From NCBI GenBank assembly GCA_963701855.1, contig CAVPBK010000006.1, positions 1,152,001 to 1,216,000 of the forward strand: 64,000 nucleotides of DNA. The letters are read 5' to 3'. The translations under genes and the position numbers were made by a program. Below, in pieces: positions 31,342 to 43,500 of this stretch. How positions within the stretch are numbered: the stretch's first letter is position 1; each line of letters opens with the position of its first letter. The notes beneath the pieces were generated by a model. It saw only the letters and a list, made by a program, of their open reading frames with translations, was not told the DNA's origin and searched no databases. This DNA comes from Nitrospirota bacterium (GTDB taxonomy: Bacteria; Nitrospirota; Nitrospiria; Nitrospirales; Nitrospiraceae).

Positions 31342-31494
31342 GAGAAATGTAGGAGGTCAGCCCTCACTGTCGACCCCCTCTAAAGTGTCAGGCCAGAAAA
31401 AGTCGTCCTAGGGCGCATTCTGTAGCCCTCAGCGAACCTCCCTACCAAGAGCACTATAACTCGGCTGCACAAAAGAAGAAATTAGTAAGAGGAA

Positions 31495-31510
31495 TGGCAC
31501 CCTCCTTGCT
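31495..31510 (+). promoter_or_regulatory. Sigma54 (-24/-12) promoter for the giant protein gene
   Basis: TGGCAC-CCTCC-TTGCT matches TGGCAC-N5-TTGCW and ends 46 bp before the ATG. Confidence 0.8.
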
Positions 31511-31556
31511 ACAGTATTGCGGGTAATAATGGACGTATGCTGTCTCAAGCCATACC

Positions 31557-34500
31557 ATGAAAATACTACGTAGGCAGAAGAAAGCGGCGGGCAAACCAGC
31601 GCGAGGGCAGCGTCCTGCCTCCGCGGACACACGCATCACTCTTTCGACGTTTGGTGGCTCGTTGATTGCGCTCGAATCGCGCATCATGTTTGACGGCGCT
31701 GCCGTAGCCACGGTCAGTACTGTGACCACCGAGCAAATCGCGCAAAGCCAGGCTGATAAGGCTCTCTCGAATCATGACGCGGCGGCAGCCGATAGCGCGC
31801 CTGCTGCGCCGACGGGCGACCCGCACTCTACTACCAGCGACCAGGCGTTGTTCGATGCCCTGGCGGCATACGATACATCGGCCGCCCGCCAGGAGGTTGT
31901 GTTCCTTTCCCCCAGCGTCCTTGACTACCAGCAACTCCTCGACGGCATCAGTCCCAACGTCGAAGTGCACATACTCGACCCTGGCCGCGACGGCGTTCAG
32001 CAGATGGCGGAAATCCTCGCCGGTCGTACAGGCATCGACGCAATCCATCTGATCGGCGATGGCACCGAAGCCGAGATGCATCTCGGCGCGAGCTTCCTGA
32101 CGCAAGATTCGATCAGCACGACCTACGCTGAACAGTTTCAACAGATCGGTCGGAGCTTGTCGGCAAACGCTGACCTCCTGATCTACGGCTGTAACTTTGG
32201 CCAGGGCGTGGACGGGCAACTGGCCATAAACAAGTTGGCCGACCTCACCGGCGCCGATGTGGCCGCGAGCACGGATCGTACAGGTAGTGCCGCTGAGTAT
32301 GCAGACTGGAAACTGGAAGTCTCCACCGGAGCGATTGAGACCTCAGTGGTGATCAGCGCCAGCACGCAGGCGGCCTGGGAGCATGCGTTGGCGACGTTCA
32401 CCGTCACCAATACGAACGATTCGGGTGCCGGATCGCTCCGTCAGGAGATCCTAGTTGCCAACGCGGCCGGAGGCACCGACACGATTGTATTCAACATCGC
32501 CGGAGCGGGTGTACATACGATCAATCTGGCCTCCGCTCTGCCGACGATCACGGACAAGGTCACGATCGACGGCTACACGGAGGCGGGCTCATCGGTCAAT
32601 ACGCTGTCGGTCGGTGATAATGCAGTCCTCACCATTGAACTCAACGGCACCGGCGCCGGCAGCGCCAATGGACTCTGGCTTGGCGCCGGCAGTGATGGCA
32701 GCACGATCCGCGGCCTGGTCATCAATCGGTTCAGCCTCGATGGTATTCAGATCGACAGCACCGGCAACCTAATCGTCGGCAACTGGATCGGTGTCGATAA
32801 CACTGGAACCCTGGACTTCGGCAATGGCGTAGACGGCATCACCAACAGCGCAAACAACAACACGATCGGAACGTCAGCCGTCGCAGATCGCAATGTGCTG
32901 TCGGGCAACGACGACGAGGGGGTGGACGTCGATCCCGGAATAACGGGGATCGTGATTCAAGGGAATTACATTGGGACGAACGCGATGGGGACAGCGGCGG
33001 TGCCCAACGGAGATCTGGCAAATGCCAATTCTGGCGGTGTCTTATTGGGAGGGGACGGTACCGTCTTTGGCGGCTCGTTACCCGGCCAAGGAAACCTCGT
33101 GTCCGGGAACCTTATTGACGGCATCCTTATCGACGGTATCGGGAACGACGTGGTCTACGGCAATTTGATCGGCACCAATGCCGCCGGTACGGCAGGCATC
33201 GCGAACAGCGGGCCCGGCATATGGATTAATGGAGGAAGCAACAGTAGCATCGGAGGCACCGCTGCCGGACAAGGAAACACGATTGCCTACAACACCGACG
33301 ACGGTATCCAGATTGCGCCAGCGACCTCCACGGGCAACGTCATTCTTGGTAACTCAATCTTTGCAAACACTGGCCTGGGAATTGACCTGGGCAATAACGG
33401 CGTCACGGCCAACGATGCGGGTGACGGCGACACAGGAGCCAACAACCTGCAAAACTTCCCGGTGCTGACGTCCGCACAAATATCCGCCTCCCAGGTGACG
33501 GTCGCGGGCTCGTTAAACAGCACGGCCAACAGCCAATTCCGCGTTGAGTTCTTCAGCGACAGTGCCCAGGACCCAACCGGCTACGGCCAAGGCCGGACCT
33601 ATCTGGGCTTCGTTAACGTCACAACCAACGGGAGCGGCAACGCCAACTTCAACACGACGTTGGCGGCCACCGTTCCCGCCGACAGCTATGTCACCGCCAC
33701 TGCCACCAGAAGTAATGCCACGTTTACAGCCTTCACCAATACCTCTGAGTTCGCCCAAGATCGCGTGGCAACGTACACCCCGATTGTAGATCTTAACTCC
33801 GGGCCGGCGATAGTTACCACCGGCCCGGTCGTGGTATCGACGACGACGTCGACGACCAACCTGGTATCAAGCGGAAATTTCGGAACAGTCGCAAACGGCA
33901 CTCCTCCGGCTCCGTGGGTAGAATCCGGGACTGCCGGGAACGGGTCAGTCGTCCTTGCGGCGGGGAATGGGCGCTATGACTGGGTTGATGGGAACGCAAC
34001 TGGGACCACCATCACCCAAGCGCTGACGATTCCGGCAAGTACGTCGAACAGCACGGTGTCGACGACCAATACGGCTACCAGCACGAGTGTCGTCACAACG
34101 ACAGTCGATACCGTGGACGCTATTACGTCCATTTCGTTTGATATGGCCTGGCAGAACACTGATGTGACCGGATCAAACAACAATAATACACTCATTATTT
34201 CTTATAACGGCGTCACGTATGCCACATTCGAGACGTTCCAGCGCGGCACTGCCAACGCTGCGGGACTTGTAGGCAATTGGACCTATTCCAACGGTGCTAC
34301 GGGCCCCGCCACGACGCTTTCGGTCACGGATGAGGTGACAGGCGCAATGACGCCCATCACTATCAATCTCCCAGCTGGGATAACGGTGTCCAGCTCTCTC
34401 CAGTTCCGCTACACGATTGGGTCTACTGGAACAGGATCCGACGATCTGGCTATTGACAATGTGGTCGCCACCAGCACGAAGACCACGACCACCTCGGTTA

Positions 34501-37500
34501 CCACTGTCACCACCACAGCAGACACGGCCGACAACAACTGGACAGCGACCTACACAGAGAACGGCCCAGCCGTCTCGATCGCCGATACCGATAGCTCGAT
34601 CTTCGACAGTAACAGTACAAATATTGTGAGCGCCGCGATTACACTCACCAATCCGGCTGCAGGGGATCGTTTGCTCGTCAACGGTTCGGCTGCTGCCAGC
34701 GGCACCTTGGCAAGCGGCATAGCCTGGACGCGCACGGACACGGCAGTCACGCTGTCCGGTTCGTTCACCAAGGCTCAATATGCCGATGCCATCGAGTTCA
34801 TTCAGTTCGAGAACACGACCGACACACCTTCGACGACACCGCGTACCATCAATGTTACGGTCAATGACGGCACTTCCAACTCAAATACGGCAATTGCGAC
34901 GTTGACCGTGACGGCGGTGAACGACGCGCCGGTGGTGGACCTGAACGCCGCGGGGGCGGGCCAGGATGTGACGACGGCGTTTACGGAACAGACGCCGGTG
35001 CTGATTGCCCCGGTGGGGACACTGACCGATGTGGACTCGGCGAACCTGACCTCGTTAACGGTGACGCTCACGACGCGGCCGGATGGCAATGCGGTGGAGT
35101 CGCTCTCACTCAATGCGGCGGCGACGGCGGCGGCCGCCGGGGCGGGCTTGACGGTGAGCTACACGCCCGCGTCGGGACTGCTCTCGATCACGGGTGCGGC
35201 CACGAAGGCGGTGTACCAGACGATCCTGCAGGGCATTCTCTACAACGACACGAGTGACACGCCGACCACGAGCAACCGCTCGATCACCGTGGTGGCGAAC
35301 GACGGCACGACGGCGAGCGCGACGCAGACGGTGACGTTGACCGTGACGGCGGTGAACGACGCGCCGGTGGTGGACCTGAACGCCGCGGGGGCGGGCCAGG
35401 ATGTGACGACGGCGTTTACGGAACAGACGCCGGTGCTGATTGCCCCGGTGGGGACACTGACCGATGTGGACTCGGCGAACCTGACCTCGTTAACGGTGAC
35501 GCTCACGACGCGGCCGGATGGCAATGCGGTGGAGTCGCTCTCACTCAATGCGGCGGCGACGGCGGCGGCCGCCGGGGCGGGCTTGACGGTGAGCTACACG
35601 CCCGCGTCGGGACTGCTCTCGATCACGGGTGCGGCCACGAAGGCGGTGTACCAGACGATCCTGCAGGGCATTCTCTACAACGACACGAGTGACACGCCGA
35701 CCACGAGCAACCGCTCGATCACCGTGGTGGCGAACGACGGCACGACGGCGAGCGCGACGCAGACGGTGACGTTGACCGTGACGGCGGTGAACGACGCGCC
35801 GGTGGTGGACCTGAACGCCGCGGGGGCGGGCCAGGATGTGACGACGGCGTTTACGGAACAGACGCCGGTGCTGATTGCCCCGGTGGGGACACTGACCGAT
35901 GTGGACTCGGCGAACCTGACCTCGTTAACGGTGACGCTCACGACGCGGCCGGATGGCAATGCGGTGGAGTCGCTCTCACTCAATGCGGCGGCGACGGCGG
36001 CGGCCGCCGGGGCGGGCTTGACGGTGAGCTACACGCCCGCGTCGGGACTGCTCTCGATCACGGGTGCGGCCACGAAGGCGGTGTACCAGACGATCCTGCA
36101 GGGCATTCTCTACAACGACACGAGTGACACGCCGACCACGAGCAACCGCTCGATCACCGTGGTGGCGAACGACGGCACGACGGCGAGCGCGACGCAGACG
36201 GTGACGTTGACCGTGACGGCGGTGAACGACGCGCCGGTGGTGGACCTGAACGCCGCGGGGGCGGGCCAGGATGTGACGACGGCGTTTACGGAACAGACGC
36301 CGGTGCTGATTGCCCCGGTGGGGACACTGACCGATGTGGACTCGGCGAACCTGACCTCGTTAACGGTGACGCTCACGACGCGGCCGGATGGCAATGCGGT
36401 GGAGTCGCTCTCACTCAATGCGGCGGCGACGGCGGCGGCCGCCGGGGCGGGCTTGACGGTGAGCTACACGCCCGCGTCGGGACTGCTCTCGATCACGGGT
36501 GCGGCCACGAAGGCGGTGTACCAGACGATCCTGCAGGGCATTCTCTACAACGACACGAGTGACACGCCGACCACGAGCAACCGCTCGATCACCGTGGTGG
36601 CGAACGACGGCACGACGGCGAGCGCGACGCAGACGGTGACGTTGACCGTGACGGCGGTGAACGACGCGCCGGTGGTGGACCTGAACGCCGCGGGGGCGGG
36701 CCAGGATGTGACGACGGCGTTTACGGAACAGACGCCGGTGCTGATTGCCCCGGTGGGGACACTGACCGATGTGGACTCGGCGAACCTGACCTCGTTAACG
36801 GTGACGCTCACGACGCGGCCGGATGGCAATGCGGTGGAGTCGCTCTCACTCAATGCGGCGGCGACGGCGGCGGCCGCCGGGGCGGGCTTGACGGTGAGCT
36901 ACACGCCCGCGTCGGGACTGCTCTCGATCACGGGTGCGGCCACGAAGGCGGTGTACCAGACGATCCTGCAGGGCATTCTCTACAACGACACGAGTGACAC
37001 GCCGACCACGAGCAACCGCTCGATCACCGTGGTGGCGAACGACGGCACGACGGCGAGCGCGACGCAGACGGTGGCGTTGACGGTGACGCCGGTGAACGAT
37101 GCGCCGGTGAACACGGTGCCGGGGCCGCAGACGGTGGCCGAGGATACGGCGCTGGCGCTCGGCGGGGTGAGCGTCACGGATGTGGACGGCAACCTGAGCA
37201 CGGTGCAGCTGGGGGTGGCGAACGGGACGGTGACGGTGAGCCTGGTGGGCGGCGCGACGATCAGTGCGGGGGCGAACGGCACGGGCACGCTGACCTTGGC
37301 GGGCACGGCGGCGCAGATCAACGCGGCCCTGGGGACGCTGGCCTATCAAGGCAATCTGAACTTCAATGGCAGCGACGTGCTCACGGTGACGAGCAGCGAT
37401 GGCACGCTCACCGACGTGGACACGGTGGCGTTGACGGTGACGCCGGTGAACGATGCGCCGGTGAACACGGTGCCGGGGCCGCAGACGGTGGCCGAGGATA

Positions 37501-40500
37501 CGGCGCTGGCGCTCGGCGGGGTGAGCGTCACGGATGTGGACGGCAACCTGAGCACGGTGCAGCTGGGGGTGGCGAACGGGACGGTGACGGTGAGCCTGGT
37601 GGGCGGCGCGACGATCAGTGCGGGGGCGAACGGCACGGGCACGCTGACCTTGGCGGGCACGGCGGCGCAGATCAACGCGGCCCTGGGGACGCTGGCCTAT
37701 CAAGGCAATCTGAACTTCAATGGCAGCGACGTGCTCACGGTGACGAGCAGCGATGGCACGCTCACCGACGTGGACACGGTGGCGTTGACGGTGACGCCGG
37801 TGAACGATGCGCCGGTGAACACGGTGCCGGGGCCGCAGACGGTGGCCGAGGATACGGCGCTGGCGCTCGGCGGGGTGAGCGTCACGGATGTGGACGGCAA
37901 CCTGAGCACGGTGCAGCTGGGGGTGGCGAACGGGACGGTGACGGTGAGCCTGGTGGGCGGCGCGACGATCAGTGCGGGGGCGAACGGCACGGGCACGCTG
38001 ACCTTGGCGGGCACGGCGGCGCAGATCAACGCGGCCCTGGGGACGCTGGCCTATCAAGGCAATCTGAACTTCAATGGCAGCGACGTGCTCACGGTGACGA
38101 GCAGCGATGGCACGCTCACCGACGTGGACACGGTGGCGTTGACGGTGACGCCGGTGAACGATGCGCCGGTGAACACGGTGCCGGGGCCGCAGACGGTGGC
38201 CGAGGATACGGCGCTGGCGCTCGGCGGGGTGAGCGTCACGGATGTGGACGGCAACCTGAGCACGGTGCAGCTGGGGGTGGCGAACGGGACGGTGACGGTG
38301 AGCCTGGTGGGCGGCGCGACGATCAGTGCGGGGGCGAACGGCACGGGCACGCTGACCTTGGCGGGCACGGCGGCGCAGATCAACGCGGCCCTGGGGACGC
38401 TGGCCTATCAAGGCAATCTGAACTTCAATGGCAGCGACGTGCTCACGGTGACGAGCAGCGATGGCACGCTCACCGACGTGGACACGGTGGCGTTGACGGT
38501 GACGCCGGTGAACGATGCGCCGGTGAACACGGTGCCGGGGCCGCAGACGGTGGCCGAGGATACGGCGCTGGCGCTCGGCGGGGTGAGCGTCACGGATGTG
38601 GACGGCAACCTGAGCACGGTGCAGCTGGGGGTGGCGAACGGGACGGTGACGGTGAGCCTGGTGGGCGGCGCGACGATCAGTGCGGGGGCGAACGGCACGG
38701 GCACGCTGACCTTGGCGGGCACGGCGGCGCAGATCAACGCGGCCCTGGGGACGCTGGCCTATCAAGGCAATCTGAACTTCAATGGCAGCGACGTGCTCAC
38801 GGTGACGAGCAGCGATGGCACGCTCACCGACGTGGACACGGTGGCGTTGACGGTGACGCCGGTGAACGATGCGCCGGTGAACACGGTGCCGGGGCCGCAG
38901 ACGGTGGCCGAGGATACGGCGCTGGCGCTCGGCGGGGTGAGCGTCACGGATGTGGACGGCAACCTGAGCACGGTGCAGCTGGGGGTGGCGAACGGGACGG
39001 TGACGGTGAGCCTGGTGGGCGGCGCGACGATCAGTGCGGGGGCGAACGGCACGGGCACGCTGACCTTGGCGGGCACGGCGGCGCAGATCAACGCGGCCCT
39101 GGGGACGCTGGCCTATCAAGGCAATCTGAACTTCAATGGCAGCGACGTGCTCACGGTGACGAGCAGCGATGGCACGCTCACCGACGTGGACACGGTGGCG
39201 TTGACGGTGACGCCGGTGAACGATGCGCCGGTGAACACGGTGCCGGGGCCGCAGACGGTGGCCGAGGATACGGCGCTGGCGCTCGGCGGGGTGAGCGTCA
39301 CGGATGTGGACGGCAACCTGAGCACGGTGCAGCTGGGGGTGGCGAACGGGACGGTGACGGTGAGCCTGGTGGGCGGCGCGACGATCAGTGCGGGGGCGAA
39401 CGGCACGGGCACGCTGACCTTGGCGGGCACGGCGGCGCAGATCAACGCGGCCCTGGGGACGCTGGCCTATCAAGGCAATCTGAACTTCAATGGCAGCGAC
39501 GTGCTCACGGTGACGAGCAGCGATGGCACGCTCACCGACGTGGACACGGTGGCGTTGACGGTGACGCCGGTGAACGATGCGCCGGTGAACACGGTGCCGG
39601 GGCCGCAGACGGTGGCCGAGGATACGGCGCTGGCGCTCGGCGGGGTGAGCGTCACGGATGTGGACGGCAACCTGAGCACGGTGCAGCTGGGGGTGGCGAA
39701 CGGGACGGTGACGGTGAGCCTGGTGGGCGGCGCGACGATCAGTGCGGGGGCGAACGGCACGGGCACGCTGACCTTGGCGGGCACGGCGGCGCAGATCAAC
39801 GCGGCCCTGGGGACGCTGGCCTATCAAGGCAATCTGAACTTCAATGGCAGCGACGTGCTCACGGTGACGAGCAGCGATGGCACGCTCACCGACGTGGACA
39901 CGGTGGCGTTGACGGTGACGCCGGTGAACGATGCGCCGGTGAACACGGTGCCGGGGCCGCAGACGGTGGCCGAGGATACGGCGCTGGCGCTCGGCGGGGT
40001 GAGCGTCACGGATGTGGACGGCAACCTGAGCACGGTGCAGCTGGGGGTGGCGAACGGGACGGTGACGGTGAGCCTGGTGGGCGGCGCGACGATCAGTGCG
40101 GGGGCGAACGGCACGGGCACGCTGACCTTGGCGGGCACGGCGGCGCAGATCAACGCGGCCCTGGGGACGCTGGCCTATCAAGGCAATCTGAACTTCAATG
40201 GCAGCGACGTGCTCACGGTGACGAGCAGCGATGGCACGCTCACCGACGTGGACACGGTGGCGTTGACGGTGACGCCGGTGAACGATGCGCCGGTGAACAC
40301 GGTGCCGGGGCCGCAGACGGTGGCCGAGGATACGGCGCTGGCGCTCGGCGGGGTGAGCGTCACGGATGTGGACGGCAACCTGAGCACGGTGCAGCTGGGG
40401 GTGGCGAACGGGACGGTGACGGTGAGCCTGGTGGGCGGCGCGACGATCAGTGCGGGGGCGAACGGCACGGGCACGCTGACCTTGGCGGGCACGGCGGCGC

Positions 40501-43500
40501 AGATCAACGCGGCCCTGGGGACGCTGGCCTATCAAGGCAATCTGAACTTCAATGGCAGCGACGTGCTCACGGTGACGAGCAGCGATGGCACGCTCACCGA
40601 CGTGGACACGGTGGCGTTGACGGTGACGCCGGTGAACGATGCGCCGGTGAACACGGTGCCGGGGCCGCAGACGGTGGCCGAGGATACGGCGCTGGCGCTC
40701 GGCGGGGTGAGCGTCACGGATGTGGACGGCAACCTGAGCACGGTGCAGCTGGGGGTGGCGAACGGGACGGTGACGGTGAGCCTGGTGGGCGGCGCGACGA
40801 TCAGTGCGGGGGCGAACGGCACGGGCACGCTGACCTTGGCGGGCACGGCGGCGCAGATCAACGCGGCCCTGGGGACGCTGGCCTATCAAGGCAATCTGAA
40901 CTTCAATGGCAGCGACGTGCTCACGGTGACGAGCAGCGATGGCACGCTCACCGACGTGGACACGGTGGCGTTGACGGTGACGCCGGTGAACGATGCGCCG
41001 GTGAACACGGTGCCGGGGCCGCAGACGGTGGCCGAGGATACGGCGCTGGCGCTCGGCGGGGTGAGCGTCACGGATGTGGACGGCAACCTGAGCACGGTGC
41101 AGCTGGGGGTGGCGAACGGGACGGTGACGGTGAGCCTGGTGGGCGGCGCGACGATCAGTGCGGGGGCGAACGGCACGGGCACGCTGACCTTGGCGGGCAC
41201 GGCGGCGCAGATCAACGCGGCCCTGGGGACGCTGGCCTATCAAGGCAATCTGAACTTCAATGGCAGCGACGTGCTCACGGTGACGAGCAGCGATGGCACG
41301 CTCACCGACGTGGACACGGTGGCGTTGACGGTGACGCCGGTGAACGATGCGCCGGTGAACACGGTGCCGGGGCCGCAGACGGTGGCCGAGGATACGGCGC
41401 TGGCGCTCGGCGGGGTGAGCGTCACGGATGTGGACGGCAACCTGAGCACGGTGCAGCTGGGGGTGGCGAACGGGACGGTGACGGTGAGCCTGGTGGGCGG
41501 CGCGACGATCAGTGCGGGGGCGAACGGCACGGGCACGCTGACCTTGGCGGGCACGGCGGCGCAGATCAACGCGGCCCTGGGGACGCTGGCCTATCAAGGC
41601 AATCTGAACTTCAATGGCAGCGACGTGCTCACGGTGACGAGCAGCGATGGCACGCTCACCGACGTGGACACGGTGGCGTTGACGGTGACGCCGGTGAACG
41701 ATGCGCCGGTGAACACGGTGCCGGGGCCGCAGACGGTGGCCGAGGATACGGCGCTGGCGCTCGGCGGGGTGAGCGTCACGGATGTGGACGGCAACCTGAG
41801 CACGGTGCAGCTGGGGGTGGCGAACGGGACGGTGACGGTGAGCCTGGTGGGCGGCGCGACGATCAGTGCGGGGGCGAACGGCACGGGCACGCTGACCTTG
41901 GCGGGCACGGCGGCGCAGATCAACGCGGCCCTGGGGACGCTGGCCTATCAAGGCAATCTGAACTTCAATGGCAGCGACGTGCTCACGGTGACGAGCAGCG
42001 ATGGCACGCTCACCGACGTGGACACGGTGGCGTTGACGGTGACGCCGGTGAACGATGCGCCGGTGAACACGGTGCCGGGGCCGCAGACGGTGGCCGAGGA
42101 TACGGCGCTGGCGCTCGGCGGGGTGAGCGTCACGGATGTGGACGGCAACCTGAGCACGGTGCAGCTGGGGGTGGCGAACGGGACGGTGACGGTGAGCCTG
42201 GTGGGCGGCGCGACGATCAGTGCGGGGGCGAACGGCACGGGCACGCTGACCTTGGCGGGCACGGCGGCGCAGATCAACGCGGCCCTGGGGACGCTGGCCT
42301 ATCAAGGCAATCTGAACTTCAATGGCAGCGACGTGCTCACGGTGACGAGCAGCGATGGCACGCTCACCGACGTGGACACGGTGGCGTTGACGGTGACGCC
42401 GGTGAACGATGCGCCGGTGAACACGGTGCCGGGGCCGCAGACGGTGGCCGAGGATACGGCGCTGGCGCTCGGCGGGGTGAGCGTCACGGATGTGGACGGC
42501 AACCTGAGCACGGTGCAGCTGGGGGTGGCGAACGGGACGGTGACGGTGAGCCTGGTGGGCGGCGCGACGATCAGTGCGGGGGCGAACGGCACGGGCACGC
42601 TGACCTTGGCGGGCACGGCGGCGCAGATCAACGCGGCCCTGGGGACGCTGGCCTATCAAGGCAATCTGAACTTCAATGGCAGCGACGTGCTCACGGTGAC
42701 GAGCAGCGATGGCACGCTCACCGACGTGGACACGGTGGCGTTGACGGTGACGCCGGTGAACGATGCGCCGGTGAACACGGTGCCGGGGCCGCAGACGGTG
42801 GCCGAGGATACGGCGCTGGCGCTCGGCGGGGTGAGCGTCACGGATGTGGACGGCAACCTGAGCACGGTGCAGCTGGGGGTGGCGAACGGGACGGTGACGG
42901 TGAGCCTGGTGGGCGGCGCGACGATCAGTGCGGGGGCGAACGGCACGGGCACGCTGACCTTGGCGGGCACGGCGGCGCAGATCAACGCGGCCCTGGGGAC
43001 GCTGGCCTATCAAGGCAATCTGAACTTCAATGGCAGCGACGTGCTCACGGTGACGAGCAGCGATGGCACGCTCACCGACGTGGACACGGTGGCGTTGACG
43101 GTGACGCCGGTGAACGATGCGCCGGTGAACACGGTGCCGGGGCCGCAGACGGTGGCCGAGGATACGGCGCTGGCGCTCGGCGGGGTGAGCGTCACGGATG
43201 TGGACGGCAACCTGAGCACGGTGCAGCTGGGGGTGGCGAACGGGACGGTGACGGTGAGCCTGGTGGGCGGCGCGACGATCAGTGCGGGGGCGAACGGCAC
43301 GGGCACGCTGACCTTGGCGGGCACGGCGGCGCAGATCAACGCGGCCCTGGGGACGCTGGCCTATCAAGGCAATCTGAACTTCAATGGCAGCGACGTGCTC
43401 ACGGTGACGAGCAGCGATGGCACGCTCACCGACGTGGACACGGTGGCGTTGACGGTGACGCCGGTGAACGATGCGCCGGTGAACACGGTGCCGGGGCCGC

